Source of the DNA: an uncultured Pseudomonadota bacterium | Lineage (GTDB): Bacteria; Pseudomonadota; Alphaproteobacteria; JACZXZ01 | Assembly (NCBI GenBank): GCA_963749075.1 | Contig: CAVVLJ010000020.1 | Location: forward strand, 512,001 to 576,000 | Direction of reading: 5' to 3' | DNA length: 64,000 bases | In this document: piece by piece, positions 32,188 to 41,614 of the stretch | Layout of the letters: the number at the start of each line of letters is the position of its first letter | Position numbering within the stretch: the stretch's first letter is position 1 | Program-made: the position numbers and the translations under genes | Notes under the pieces: generated by a model | Seen by the model: only the letters and a program-made list of their open reading frames with translations | Told to the model about the DNA's origin: nothing | Databases searched by the model: none

Positions 32188-33975
32188 ATGTCCGACGCTC
32201 CAGCAAAACGCCGACTGCGCAGCCAGGCTTGGTTCGACGACGCGCACAATCCCGGCATGACGGCGATCTATATCGAGCGCTTCCTCAATTACGGCATGAC
32301 GGTGGACGAGCTGCGCACCGGCCGCCCCATCATCGGCATCGCCCAGACGGGGAGCGACCTCTCGCCGTGCAACCGCCACCATCTCCAGCTTGCCGAGCGC
32401 GTGCGCGCCGGCATCCGCGACGCGGGAGGCGTGCCCTTCGAGTTCCCCTGCCATCCCATCCAGGAGACCGCCAGGCGCCCGACCGCGGCGCTCGACCGCA
32501 ACCTCTCCTATTTGAGCCTCGTCGAGGTGCTCTACGGCTATCCCATCGACGGCGTGGTGCTGACGACAGGCTGCGATAAGACCACCCCCGCCGGCATCAT
32601 GGGGGCGGCCACGCTCGACATCCCCGCCATCGTGCTCTCGGGCGGGCCGATGCTCGACGGCTATTACAAGGGCCAGCTCGTCGGCTCCGGCACGGTCGTA
32701 TGGAAGGCGCGCGAGGAGCTCGCCGCCGGCGAGATCGATTACGACGAGTTCATCGCCAAGGTCGCGGCCTCGACCATGAGCGTCGGCCATTGCAACACCA
32801 TGGGCACCGCCACCTCGATGAACTCGCTCGCCGAGGCGCTCGGCATGTCGCTCACCGGCTGCGCCGCCATCCCCGGGCCCTACCGCGAGCGCGGCCAGAT
32901 CGCCTACGAGACGGGAAAACGCATCGTCGAGATGGTGCGCGAGGACCTGCGGCCTTCGAAGGTGCTCACGAAAGAGGCCTTCGAGAACGCCATCGTGGCC
33001 TGCTCGGCGCTCGGCGCCTCGACCAACTGCCCGCCCCACATCACCGCGATCGCGCGACACATCGGCGTCGAGCTCCCCCTCGACGACTGGGACCGCCTCG
33101 GCTACGACATCCCGCTCCTCGTCAACCTGATGCCCACCGGCAAATATCTCGGCGAGGCCTTCCACCGCGCGGGCGGCGTGCCCGCGGTCATGAAGGAGTT
33201 GCTCAAGGCCGGCAAGCTTCACGGCGAGGCACTCACCGTCACCGGCAGGACCATGGCCGAGAACCTGGCGCGCGCCGAGATCAAGGACCGCGAGGTGATC
33301 CGCCCCTATGGCGAGCCGCTCAAGGAGAAGGCGGGCTTCGCCGTGCTCAAGGGCAATCTCTTCCATTCGGCGATCATGAAGACGAGTGCCATCGAGCCCG
33401 AGTTCCGCAGGCGCTACCTCGAGCGCAAGGGCGACGAGGGCGCCTTCGAGGGCACCGCCATCGTGTTCGACGGCCCGGAGGACTACCACGCGCGCATCAA
33501 CGACCCGTCGCTTCCTATCGACGAGAACGCGCTCCTCTTCATCCGCAATTGCGGGCCCGTCGGCTATCCCGGCTCGGCCGAGGTGGTGAACATGCTGCCG
33601 CCGGACCGCCTCGTGCAGAAGGGCGTCTCGACGCTTCCCTGCATCGGCGACGGCAGGCAGAGCGGCACCTCGGGCAGCCCCTCCATCCTCCACGCCTCGC
33701 CCGAGGGGGCGATCGGCGGCGGCTTGGCGCTCCTCAAGACGGGCGACCGCGTGCGCATCGACTTGAAGAAGCGGCGCGCCGACATGCTCGTGCCGGAGGC
33801 GGAGCTCGCTCGGCGGCGCGAGGACTACCGCCCGCCCAAGCTCGACAACCAGACGCCGTGGCAGGAGTTCTACCGCGGCCACGTCGGCCAGCTCGAGAGC
33901 GGCGGCTGCCTCGAGTTCGCGGTGGGCTATCAGCGCATCGACGCGGAGAAGGGCATCCCGCGGCATAACCACTGA
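32188..33975 (+). CDS. IlvD/Edd family sugar-acid dehydratase
   Basis: [38 protein letters not shown]. Confidence 0.92.
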   Translation: MSDAPAKRRLRSQAWFDDAHNPGMTAIYIERFLNYGMTVDELRTGRPIIGIAQTGSDLSPCNRHHLQLAERVRAGIRDAGGVPFEFPCHPIQETARRPTAALDRNLSYLSLVEVLYGYPIDGVVLTTGCDKTTPAGIMGAATLDIPAIVLSGGPMLDGYYKGQLVGSGTVVWKAREELAAGEIDYDEFIAKVAASTMSVGHCNTMGTATSMNSLAEALGMSLTGCAAIPGPYRERGQIAYETGKRIVEMVREDLRPSKVLTKEAFENAIVACSALGASTNCPPHITAIARHIGVELPLDDWDRLGYDIPLLVNLMPTGKYLGEAFHRAGGVPAVMKELLKAGKLHGEALTVTGRTMAENLARAEIKDREVIRPYGEPLKEKAGFAVLKGNLFHSAIMKTSAIEPEFRRRYLERKGDEGAFEGTAIVFDGPEDYHARINDPSLPIDENALLFIRNCGPVGYPGSAEVVNMLPPDRLVQKGVSTLPCIGDGRQSGTSGSPSILHASPEGAIGGGLALLKTGDRVRIDLKKRRADMLVPEAELARRREDYRPPKLDNQTPWQEFYRGHVGQLESGGCLEFAVGYQRIDAEKGIPRHNH

Positions 33976-33994
33976 GGCGAACGCCGCAGATCTT

Positions 33995-34099
33995 TCATCC
34001 CTCGAGACGCGATCCTGTGGATCGCTCCTCGGGATGAGGAGCGGGTTGCAGGGGTTCACCTCATCCTGAGGAGGCGCGAAGCGCCGTCTCGAAGGATGA
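33995..34099. repeat. Inverted doublet of palindromic repeat (TCATCCTGAGGAG...GTCTCGAAGGATGA family)
   Basis: tcatccctcgagacgc...ctcctcgggatgagg spacer cctcatcctgaggagg...cgtctcgaaggatga; same family as 4651-4764. Confidence 0.8.
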
Positions 34100-34211
34100 G
34101 GTGAAGGTGGCTCATCGCTCGCCCCACTCGCCTCTTGCCAAATGACGCATTGATGACTACAGCTTTCTCCATAGTCGCTGGTCTCTTAATGAACGACAAG
34201 GACACGCATAC

Positions 34212-34487
34212 ATGAACCAGGCGGAACTCATTCAGCAGATCGCGAAGAGGGAGAAGCTGAGCGCGCGCGAGGCGAAGGAAGCGGTGCAGACCGTGCTTGC
34301 CGCGATCCAAGCAGCGCTCCTCAAGGGGGAGGCGGTGCGCACCACGCTCGGCATCTTCACCGTCGCCAAGCGCGCGGCGCGCATCGGCCGCAATCCTCAG
34401 ACAGGTGCTGCCGTCAAGATCAAGGCGTCCAAGAGCGTGCGCTTCAAGCTCTCGCGCGCGGTCAAGGGAGCGCTCAACAAGCGCTGA
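34212..34487 (+). CDS. HU family DNA-binding protein
   Basis: MNQAELIQQIA, RAARIGRNPQTG, 91 aa basic protein. Confidence 0.9.
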   Translation: MNQAELIQQIAKREKLSAREAKEAVQTVLAAIQAALLKGEAVRTTLGIFTVAKRAARIGRNPQTGAAVKIKASKSVRFKLSRAVKGALNKR

Positions 34488-34625
34488 GCCGCCTCTTTCC
34501 GCGGCCGGCCGCAGCCTTCTTTTGAGGCGGCCTTCACTGTGCTAAGCTCGCGGCAACAAGAACGCTTGCCGCGAGAAGGCGTCTTGCGCCCGGGCGCAGG
34601 ACGCATGGCAGTGGGAGGATGCGCC

Positions 34626-35618
34626 ATGACCATGATCGCTTCGCTTGAGCGCGGCTTGACGGCGGCACTCGCCTTGCTCCTCGGCATGGCCGCCGCCGGC
34701 AGCTCATCTGCCGAGACCATCACCGTGACCCATTGGGGAGCCCAGTTCTACGGCGCCCCCTATGCGATCGCCATGGAGAAGGGCTTCTTCAAGAAGCGCG
34801 GCGTCGACATCACCGGCATTCTCACCTCGACGGGCGGCGGCACCTCCGTGCGCAACACGCTCGCGGGGGACCTCCCCTTCGGCGAGGTGGCGCTCTCGGC
34901 CGCGGTCGAGGCCATCCAGGCGGGTCAGCCGATCAAGATCGTCTCGGCCGGGGTGGAGAGCGTCGCCGACATCCTGTGGATCGCCAAGCCCGGTTCGCCG
35001 CTCAACTCGATCAAGGACATCGTCGGCAAGAAGATCGCCTATACCTCGCCGGGCTCGGTCACCAACATGCTCATCCTCATGGCGATGAAGGCCTCGGGGA
35101 TCAGGCCCGATCAGGTGACGATCGTGCCCGCGGGCGGCGTCGGCGCCAACCTGACCGCGGCGCTGAGCGGTGCGGTGGACGCGGCGATGACGGCCGAGCC
35201 GCTGTGGTCCGAGGAGAAGGCGAAGGTGAAACCCGTCTTCTGGGTCAAGGACATCCTGCCGCCCAACATGACCCAGACGGTGTGCATCGTCACCGAGGAG
35301 TTCGCCAAGGCGCAGCCCGACAAGGTGCGCGCCATCATCGCGGGGCGGCGCGAGGGCGTGCAATACATCGCCCAGCATGTCGACGAGGCGGCGGCCATCG
35401 TCGCCAAGGTCTACAACATCGACCCCGCCCTCACCCGCGAAGTGTTCAAGCATTTCCTCGCCATCGGCTATTGGAGCGAGGGCGCCTTCGACTATGCCGC
35501 CATGAACCGCATGGTCGAGGGGCTCGAGATCGTCGGCAAGCTCAAGGGTGCGATGGATTGGCCGAAGCTCGTCGAGACGGCGTACCTGCCGCAGGATCTC
35601 CAGGCCAAGACCCATTGA
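34626..35618 (+). CDS. ABC transporter substrate-binding protein (NitT/TauT family)
   Basis: Signal peptide, AMEKGFFKKRGVD, GKKIAYTSPGS; first gene of a four-gene ABC operon. Confidence 0.85.
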   Translation: MTMIASLERGLTAALALLLGMAAAGSSSAETITVTHWGAQFYGAPYAIAMEKGFFKKRGVDITGILTSTGGGTSVRNTLAGDLPFGEVALSAAVEAIQAGQPIKIVSAGVESVADILWIAKPGSPLNSIKDIVGKKIAYTSPGSVTNMLILMAMKASGIRPDQVTIVPAGGVGANLTAALSGAVDAAMTAEPLWSEEKAKVKPVFWVKDILPPNMTQTVCIVTEEFAKAQPDKVRAIIAGRREGVQYIAQHVDEAAAIVAKVYNIDPALTREVFKHFLAIGYWSEGAFDYAAMNRMVEGLEIVGKLKGAMDWPKLVETAYLPQDLQAKTH

Positions 35619-36487
35619 TGGCGGGCCTGCCGCAACCGTCGGGCAGCGCCGCGCGCGCGGTCCACGCCGAGCTGCGCGGTGTCTCCAAGGTCTATCGGGC
35701 GGCGGACGGCAAGGGTGCCGTGGCGGCACTCGGGCCGCTCGACCTCGAGCTCTACGCCGGCGAGTTCGTGGCCGTGGTCGGCCCCTCCGGCTGCGGCAAG
35801 ACGACGCTTCTCGAGACGCTCGCCGGCCTGGTGCCCGCGAGCGAGGGGGAGGTCATCTTCGAGGGGCGCGAGGTCAGGGGCCGCGTGCCCGACGGCATCG
35901 GCGTCGTCTTCCAGGAGGACGCCTGCCTCCCCTGGCTCAGCGTGTGGGACAACATCGCCTTCGGCCTGCGCCGCGCCGGTGCGGCGGCGGCCCAAGTCCG
36001 CGCGCGCGTCGATTACGCGGTCTCCTTCATGGGGCTCGGCAGCTTCGCACGAGCCTATCCGGCGCAGCTCTCGGGCGGCATGCGCCAGCGCGTCTGCATC
36101 GCGCGCACGCTCGTGCTCGAGCCGCGGCTGATCCTTCTGGATGAGCCGTTCGGCGCGCTCGACCAGCAGACCCGGCTCCTCATGGGCGACGAGCTCCTCC
36201 GCCTCTGGCGCGAGACCAAGGCGACCGTCCTCCTCATCACCCATGCCATCGACGAGGGCGTCATGCTGGCCAACCGGGTGGGCGTCATGTCGGCGCGGCC
36301 CGGCCGCTTCATCGAGCTGGTCGAGACCGGCTGGCCCTCGGGCCGCAATTCGCGCATCGTCGAGGAGGAGTCGTTCGGCCGGCTCACCGCGCACGTGTGG
36401 TCCAAGCTGCGCGGCGAATCGCTCAAGGCGCTCGGCCGCGGCGATGATGGCGCCGGCCCCGCCGCCCGGTCCGGGGGCGTTGCGTGA
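35618..36487 (+). CDS. ABC transporter ATP-binding protein (NitT/TauT family)
   Basis: GPSGCGKT, LSGGMRQR, LLDEPFGALD; TGATG coupling with the upstream gene. Confidence 0.92.
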   Translation: MAGLPQPSGSAARAVHAELRGVSKVYRAADGKGAVAALGPLDLELYAGEFVAVVGPSGCGKTTLLETLAGLVPASEGEVIFEGREVRGRVPDGIGVVFQEDACLPWLSVWDNIAFGLRRAGAAAAQVRARVDYAVSFMGLGSFARAYPAQLSGGMRQRVCIARTLVLEPRLILLDEPFGALDQQTRLLMGDELLRLWRETKATVLLITHAIDEGVMLANRVGVMSARPGRFIELVETGWPSGRNSRIVEEESFGRLTAHVWSKLRGESLKALGRGDDGAGPAARSGGVA

Positions 36488-37236
36488 GCCGGGCGAGCCT
36501 GCTGCGCGCAGCGCTCATCCTCGGCGCCCTGGTCCTCCTCGAGCTCCTCACCCGCACGGGCGCCGTCAGCAATCTCGTCATCATCCCGCCGAGCGTCATG
36601 GCGGCCCAGCTCTGGAGCATGCTCGTCTCGGGCAGGCTCGATGCGGCGATGGCGCAAAGCTTCGGCAACATCGCCCTCGCCTTCTTCCTCTCGGTGACGC
36701 TCGGGCTCGCGATCGGCCTTGCCGTCCACGCAGCGCCCCGCCTGCGCCGGCTCGCCGATCCGCTCCTCGCCTCCTACTATGCGGTGCCCTTCTTCGTCTT
36801 CTATCCGCTGCTCATCGCCATCTTCGGGCTCAACCGCTGGCCGCTCGTCGCCATCGGCTTCGCCTTCGGCGCCGCCGCCATGGTGATCGCCACGCTCAAC
36901 GGGCTCGACCGCGTGCCGCGCGTCTACGGCAAGGTGGCGCGCGTGCACCGCCTCGGGCGCGGCGAGGAGGTCTTCCGCATCATCCTGCCGGCGGCGGCAC
37001 CGCACCTCTTCACCGGGATCAAGCTGGCGCTCGCCTACAGCTTCATCGGCGTGCTGGCGGGCGAGTTCATCCTCTCGGGCGGCGGCCTCGGCTACTCGAT
37101 CGCCTATGCCTACGACGCCTTCGACAACCGCACCATGTATGCGCTCATGCTCTTCGTGGTGACGCTCGCGATCCTCCTCAACGCCGCACTCCACCTCTGG
37201 GAGCAGCGCCTGATGCGGCACCGGCAGCGCCAGTGA
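36484..37236 (+). CDS. ABC transporter permease
   Basis: Hydrophobic helices, EAA-like loop, IILPAAAP...GEFILSGGGLG. Confidence 0.9.
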   Translation: MSRASLLRAALILGALVLLELLTRTGAVSNLVIIPPSVMAAQLWSMLVSGRLDAAMAQSFGNIALAFFLSVTLGLAIGLAVHAAPRLRRLADPLLASYYAVPFFVFYPLLIAIFGLNRWPLVAIGFAFGAAAMVIATLNGLDRVPRVYGKVARVHRLGRGEEVFRIILPAAAPHLFTGIKLALAYSFIGVLAGEFILSGGGLGYSIAYAYDAFDNRTMYALMLFVVTLAILLNAALHLWEQRLMRHRQRQ

Positions 37237-38000
37237 GCGCCGTCCTCGCACTTCGGCCGCCGCGATTGCAGCGCTGGCTCGACGGGGCAGTGCTTGCGCT
37301 CGTCGTCGTGGCAGCCTGGCAGCTCCTCTACGCCGCGGTCGGCGGCGTCGCCATCACCTCGCCCTTCGGCACGCTCACGCAGGCGGACAAGCTGCTCCAC
37401 TCGCCCGTCTTCTGGCGCCACGTGAGCGCCACCGCCACGGCACTCGCCGTCTCGGTCGCCATCGCGTCCGCGGCCGGCGTGGCGGCGGGCCTGGCACTCG
37501 GCTTCCACCGCTTCTCGGGCGTCGTCGCCGAGCCGATCCTGACGGCGCTCTATACGCTGCCCAAGGTGACGCTCTATCCCTTGGTACTGCTCGTCTTCGG
37601 GCTCGGCCTCTCGGCCAAGATCGCCTTCGGCGTGATGCACGGCATCGTCCCCGTCATCCTCTTCACCATGGCCGCCGTGCGCGCCATCGATCCCGTCCAC
37701 CTCAAGACGGCGCGCGTGCTGCGCCTGACCCCGCTGCAGACGGCCGCGACCGTCCTCGCCCCCGCCGTGGTGCCGGAGATCTTCACCGGCCTCCGCGTCG
37801 GCTTCGCGCTCACGCTTCTAGGCGTCATCATCGGCGAGATGTTCGCCTCCCAGCGCGGCCTCGGCTTCATGATCATCAACGGCATGAACATCCACGACGT
37901 GCCGACCATGACCGCCGTCATCCTCCTCCTCATCCTCTTCGCGATCTCAGTGAGCTCCCTCCTCCTGGCCCTCGACCGCAGGCTGCACCGGCGGGGGTAG
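37233..38000 (+). CDS. ABC transporter permease
   Basis: LPKVTLYP, VLAPAVVP, GEMFASQRGLG; GTG start overlapping the upstream stop. Confidence 0.88.
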   Translation: MSAVLALRPPRLQRWLDGAVLALVVVAAWQLLYAAVGGVAITSPFGTLTQADKLLHSPVFWRHVSATATALAVSVAIASAAGVAAGLALGFHRFSGVVAEPILTALYTLPKVTLYPLVLLVFGLGLSAKIAFGVMHGIVPVILFTMAAVRAIDPVHLKTARVLRLTPLQTAATVLAPAVVPEIFTGLRVGFALTLLGVIIGEMFASQRGLGFMIINGMNIHDVPTMTAVILLLILFAISVSSLLLALDRRLHRRG

Positions 38001-38006
38001 GTGCAA

Positions 38007-38147
38007 TCCCTCACCCTTCCCATCGCTTCGCGATGGGCCCCTTCCCTCTCCCGCTTGCGGGAGAGGGAATGAAGCGCATCCTGCCCTCTCCCGCGAGCGG
38101 GAGAGGGAGGGACCCACGGCCGAAAGGCCGTGGGAGGGTGAGGGACC
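38007..38147. repeat. Inverted doublet of palindromic repeat upstream of DUF559 gene
   Basis: Copy A 38007-38068 tccctcacccttcccatcgcttcgcgatggg...ccctctcccgcttgcgggagaggga; inverted copy B 38084-38147. Confidence 0.9.
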
Positions 38148-38165
38148 ACGCGGTATCATGATGTT

Positions 38166-38906
38166 ATGACCAAGCGCGCCCTCTCCCCTCTACCGCGCCC
38201 CGAAGCCGCCGCCCGCGCCCGCCGGCTTCGCCGCGACGAGACCGACGCCGAGCGCCGCGTCTGGCGGGCGATCCGCAACCGGCAGATCGCCGGCGCCAAG
38301 TTTCGCCGCCAGGTGCCGATCGGCCCCTATTTCGCGGACTTCGCCTGCGTGGCACGGAGGCTCGTCGTCGAGCTCGACGGCGGGCAGCACGCGGACGCTA
38401 CCGTGCGGGACGAGGAGCGCGCGCGGGCGCTCGAGGCGCAGGGTTATCGGGTCCTGCGGTTCTGGAACAACGAGGCGATGGAGAATCTGGAGGGCGTGGT
38501 GGAGGCTATTCGGGTGGCGCTAAAGGAGTCGGGGCGGGGTGGTCCCTCACCCTTCCCATCGCTTCGCGATGGGCCCCTTCCCTCTCCCGTTTGCGGGAGA
38601 GGGAAAAGAGCGCGCAATTCCTATAGCCAGCTCATGTCCTCTCTCTGGCGCGCTTCGAAGGCGGCGATGTCGCGCTCGAGGCCGAGGGTGAAGCCGATCT
38701 CGTCGACGCCTTCGAGGAGGCAGTGCTTGCGGAAGGGATCGATCTCGAAGGGGATGGTCTCGCCCGCGGGGCTCGTCACGCGCTGGGCGGCGAGATCGAC
38801 GGTCATATGGGCGCCGGGCCTTGTGTTGAGTGCGGCGCGCAGGCCAGCCGCGGTCTCGGCCGGCACGACAATCGGGAGGAGGCCGTTCTTGAAGCTGTTG
38901 TTGTAG
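38166..38906 (+). CDS. DUF559 family (Vsr-like, PD-(D/E)xK) endonuclease; conserved domain ends near 38525, ORF runs on through the repeat
   Basis: ARRLRRDETDAERRVWRAIRNRQIAGAKFRRQVPIGPYFADFAC...LVVELDGGQH...LEAQGYRVLRFWN; hallmark DUF559 sequence. Confidence 0.88.
   Translation: MTKRALSPLPRPEAAARARRLRRDETDAERRVWRAIRNRQIAGAKFRRQVPIGPYFADFACVARRLVVELDGGQHADATVRDEERARALEAQGYRVLRFWNNEAMENLEGVVEAIRVALKESGRGGPSPFPSLRDGPLPSPVCGRGKRARNSYSQLMSSLWRASKAAMSRSRPRVKPISSTPSRRQCLRKGSISKGMVSPAGLVTRWAARSTVIWAPGLVLSAARRPAAVSAGTTIGRRPFLKLLL
38539..38604. repeat. Palindromic repeat copy C downstream of DUF559 domain
   Basis: 38543-38604 matches copy A (38007-38068) with a single c/t difference; inverted relative to copy B. 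Confidence 0.9.
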
Positions 38907-39226
38907 AAGATGTCGCCGAAGCTCGGCGCCAGCACCGCGCGGATGCCGTAGTCCCAGAGCGCATAGACCGCGTGCTCGCGCGAGGAGCCGCAGCCGAAGT
39001 TGCGCTCGGCGACGAGGATGCGGGCACCTCGGAAGGCGGGGCGGTTGAGCACGAAGCCGGGCTTCTCGCTGCCGTCGTCGGCAAAGCGCAGGTCGTGGAA
39101 GAGAAAGCCGCCCATGCCCGCCTTGCGCGGCTTGCGCAAGAAGCGCGCCGGGATGATCTGGTCGGTATCCATGTTGGGCGCGTCGAGCGGCAATGCTAGG
39201 GCCTCGAGGCGCTGGAACTTCTCCAT
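38621..39226 (-). CDS. leuD: 3-isopropylmalate dehydratase small subunit family
   Basis: NMDTDQIIPARFL, NFGCGSSREHA, SFGDIFYNN. Confidence 0.9.
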   Translation of the reverse strand: MEKFQRLEALALPLDAPNMDTDQIIPARFLRKPRKAGMGGFLFHDLRFADDGSEKPGFVLNRPAFRGARILVAERNFGCGSSREHAVYALWDYGIRAVLAPSFGDIFYNNSFKNGLLPIVVPAETAAGLRAALNTRPGAHMTVDLAAQRVTSPAGETIPFEIDPFRKHCLLEGVDEIGFTLGLERDIAAFEARQREDMSWL

Positions 39227-39227
39227 C

Positions 39228-40649
39228 TTATGCGCCCGCCATGAGCTTGCGCACGTCGCTCAAGCGGCCCGTCAGGGCCGCCGCCGCCGCCATGGCCGGG
39301 CTCAAGAGGTGCGTGCGCGCCCCCTTGCCCTGGCGGCCGGCGAAGTTGCGGTTCGAGGTGGAGGCGCAGCGCTGGCCGGCGGCCACCAGATCGCCGTTCA
39401 TGCCGACGCACATGGAGCAGCCCGCCTCGCGCCACTCGAAGCCCGCCTCCTTGAAGACGCGGTCGAGCCCCTCGGCCTCGGCCTGGGCCTTGACCAGGCC
39501 CGAGCCGGGCACCGCCCAGGCGGGGATCGCCGCCTTCCGTCCCTTGACCACCTTGGCCGCGGCGCGCAGGTCGTCGATGCGGCTGTTGGTGCAGGAGCCG
39601 ATGAAGACGCGGTCGATGGCGATCTCGTCGAGCGGCGTGCCGGGTGCGAGGCCCATATAGGCGAGCGCCTGGCTCCAGCCCGCGCCGACGATTGCATCCG
39701 GCGCCTCTCTCGGATCGGGCACGCGGCCCGAGATCGGAGCCGCATGCTCGGGCGAGGTGCCCCAGGTCACCATGGGCGAGAGCTCGCCTGCTGCGAGCGT
39801 CACCTCGCGGTCGAAACGCGCGGCGGGGTCGCTCGGCAGCGTGCGCCAAAAGGCGAGCGCCTTCTCCCATTCGCGGCCCTTGGGCGCGTAAGGCCGCCCC
39901 GCGAGATAGGCGAAGGTGGTGCCGTCGGGCGCCACCATGCCGGCGCGCGCACCCGCCTCGATCGACATGTTGCAGACCGTGAGGCGGCCTTCCATGCCGA
40001 GGCTGCGGATGGCGGCGCCGGCGTACTCGATGACGTGGCCGACCGCACCCGCGGCGCCGATCTTGGCGATGATGGCGAGGATGATGTCCTTGGCGAAGAC
40101 CCCCGGCGGCAAGGCACCCTCGACCGCGATCCTCAGCGTCTTGGGCTTCTGCTGCCAGAGCGACTGGGTGGCGAGCACGTGGCCCACCTCGGAGGCGCCG
40201 ATGCCGAAGGCGAGCGCTCCCAGCGCCCCGTGGGTCGAGGTGTGGGAATCGCCGCAGACGAGCGTCAGGCCCGGCTGGGTGATGCCCTGCTCCGGCCCCA
40301 CCACATGGACGATGCCCTGGCGCGCATCACCCAGCTCGAAGAGGGTGACGCCGTGCTTGGCCGCGTTCCGCGAGATCGCCTCGACCATGCCGCGCGCCTC
40401 GGGGTCGGCGATCGCCGCGGCATCGCGGCTCGAGGTCGGCACGTAATGGTCCGGCGTGCCGAACGTGCGCTCGGGCCGGCGCACATTCAGGCCGCGCTCG
40501 CCCAAGAGCTCGAAGGCGTGGCGCGAGCCGTCGTGGATGAGATGGCGGTCGATGTAGAGGAGGGTCTGGCCGTCGGCGCGCTCGACGACCTTGTGGCGCT
40601 CCCAGATCTTCTCGAAGAGCGTGCGCGGCTCTCCCGCCCCGTCCGTCAC
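39228..40649 (-). CDS. leuC: 3-isopropylmalate dehydratase large subunit family (atypical paralog)
   Basis: [40 protein letters not shown]; HDGS where canonical LeuC has HEVTS. Confidence 0.88.
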   Translation of the reverse strand: MTDGAGEPRTLFEKIWERHKVVERADGQTLLYIDRHLIHDGSRHAFELLGERGLNVRRPERTFGTPDHYVPTSSRDAAAIADPEARGMVEAISRNAAKHGVTLFELGDARQGIVHVVGPEQGITQPGLTLVCGDSHTSTHGALGALAFGIGASEVGHVLATQSLWQQKPKTLRIAVEGALPPGVFAKDIILAIIAKIGAAGAVGHVIEYAGAAIRSLGMEGRLTVCNMSIEAGARAGMVAPDGTTFAYLAGRPYAPKGREWEKALAFWRTLPSDPAARFDREVTLAAGELSPMVTWGTSPEHAAPISGRVPDPREAPDAIVGAGWSQALAYMGLAPGTPLDEIAIDRVFIGSCTNSRIDDLRAAAKVVKGRKAAIPAWAVPGSGLVKAQAEAEGLDRVFKEAGFEWREAGCSMCVGMNGDLVAAGQRCASTSNRNFAGRQGKGARTHLLSPAMAAAAALTGRLSDVRKLMAGA

Positions 40650-40655
40650 GGCGCG

Positions 40656-41576
40656 CTACTCGGCCGCCGGCTTGCGGCGCGCGAGCTCGGCCGTCGCCGC
40701 GGTGCGGAAGCGCTCGCGCAAGGGATCCCACTCCTCGGCCCCCATGCGGCGGAAGACGTCGCGCACGGTGGCGCCCATCGCGGGATGGCGCTTCGTCATC
40801 TTGACCTCGGCCAAGAGGGCGTCGAAGGCGTTGATGGCGCCCTTGAAGAGGAGGCCCGGCAGGATGGCGAGCTTGAAGCCGAGCCTCTCGGCCTCGGCCA
40901 GGTCGAGCGCCGGCGTCTTGCCGCCCCACACCACGTTGAGGAGGCAGGGGCCCTTGACGAGGCGCGGGATGGCGGCGACCTCCTCGGCCGTCTGGGGCGC
41001 CTCGAGGAAGGCCATGTCGGCGCCGGCGTCGAGTGCGGCATTCACGCGCCTCAGCGCCTCCTCGAAGCCGGCGCCGGCGCGCGAGTCGGTGCGCGCGATG
41101 ATGAGGAAGTCGGGGCTGCGCCTGGCCGCGGCCGCGGCGCGCACCTTGGCGAGGTAGTCGTCGAGTCCGATGATCTCCTTGTCGTCGAGGTGGCCGCAGC
41201 GCTTGGGGAAGCCCTGGTCCTCGATGTGGAGGCCGGCCACACCACGCTTCTCGTACTCGGCAACCGTGCGCACCACGTTGAGCTCGTTGCCGTAGCCGGT
41301 GTCCGCGTCGGCCACCACGGGAAGGCCGACCGCGGCGGCGATGCGGCCGGCGTTCTCCACCATCTCCGTCATGGTGAGGATGCCGTAATCCGGATAGCCG
41401 AGCGTCGCCGCCGTACCGGCGCCCGTCATGTAGACGGCCGGGAAGCCCGCCTGCTCGATAACGCGCGCGCTGATGCAGTCATAGGCGCCTGGGGCGATGA
41501 CCATGCCGGGTACCGCGAGGAGCTCGCGCAAGCGCCGCGCCGCCGGTGCTGCCGGAGCCGCCGTGAGAGCCGCCAT
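40656..41576 (-). CDS. Isocitrate lyase/PEP mutase family lyase (2,3-dimethylmalate lyase / PrpB-like)
   Basis: APGAYD, DADTGYG, HIEDQ.FPKRCGH, IIARTD. Confidence 0.88.
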   Translation of the reverse strand: MAALTAAPAAPAARRLRELLAVPGMVIAPGAYDCISARVIEQAGFPAVYMTGAGTAATLGYPDYGILTMTEMVENAGRIAAAVGLPVVADADTGYGNELNVVRTVAEYEKRGVAGLHIEDQGFPKRCGHLDDKEIIGLDDYLAKVRAAAAARRSPDFLIIARTDSRAGAGFEEALRRVNAALDAGADMAFLEAPQTAEEVAAIPRLVKGPCLLNVVWGGKTPALDLAEAERLGFKLAILPGLLFKGAINAFDALLAEVKMTKRHPAMGATVRDVFRRMGAEEWDPLRERFRTAATAELARRKPAAE

Positions 41577-41614
41577 GAGATCCTCCTTGAGCCCGCGTTA
41601 TTTTCAGCAGCTCT

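Noticed and set aside
34488-34533. Intrinsic terminator after the HU gene (gccgcctc...gaggcggc)
   Set aside because: Long irregular loop and no U-tract after the stem; insufficient support.
38007-38604. Possible CRISPR array from the near-identical 62-bp repeats
   Set aside because: Only three copies in mixed orientation, too long, no regular spacers and no cas genes.
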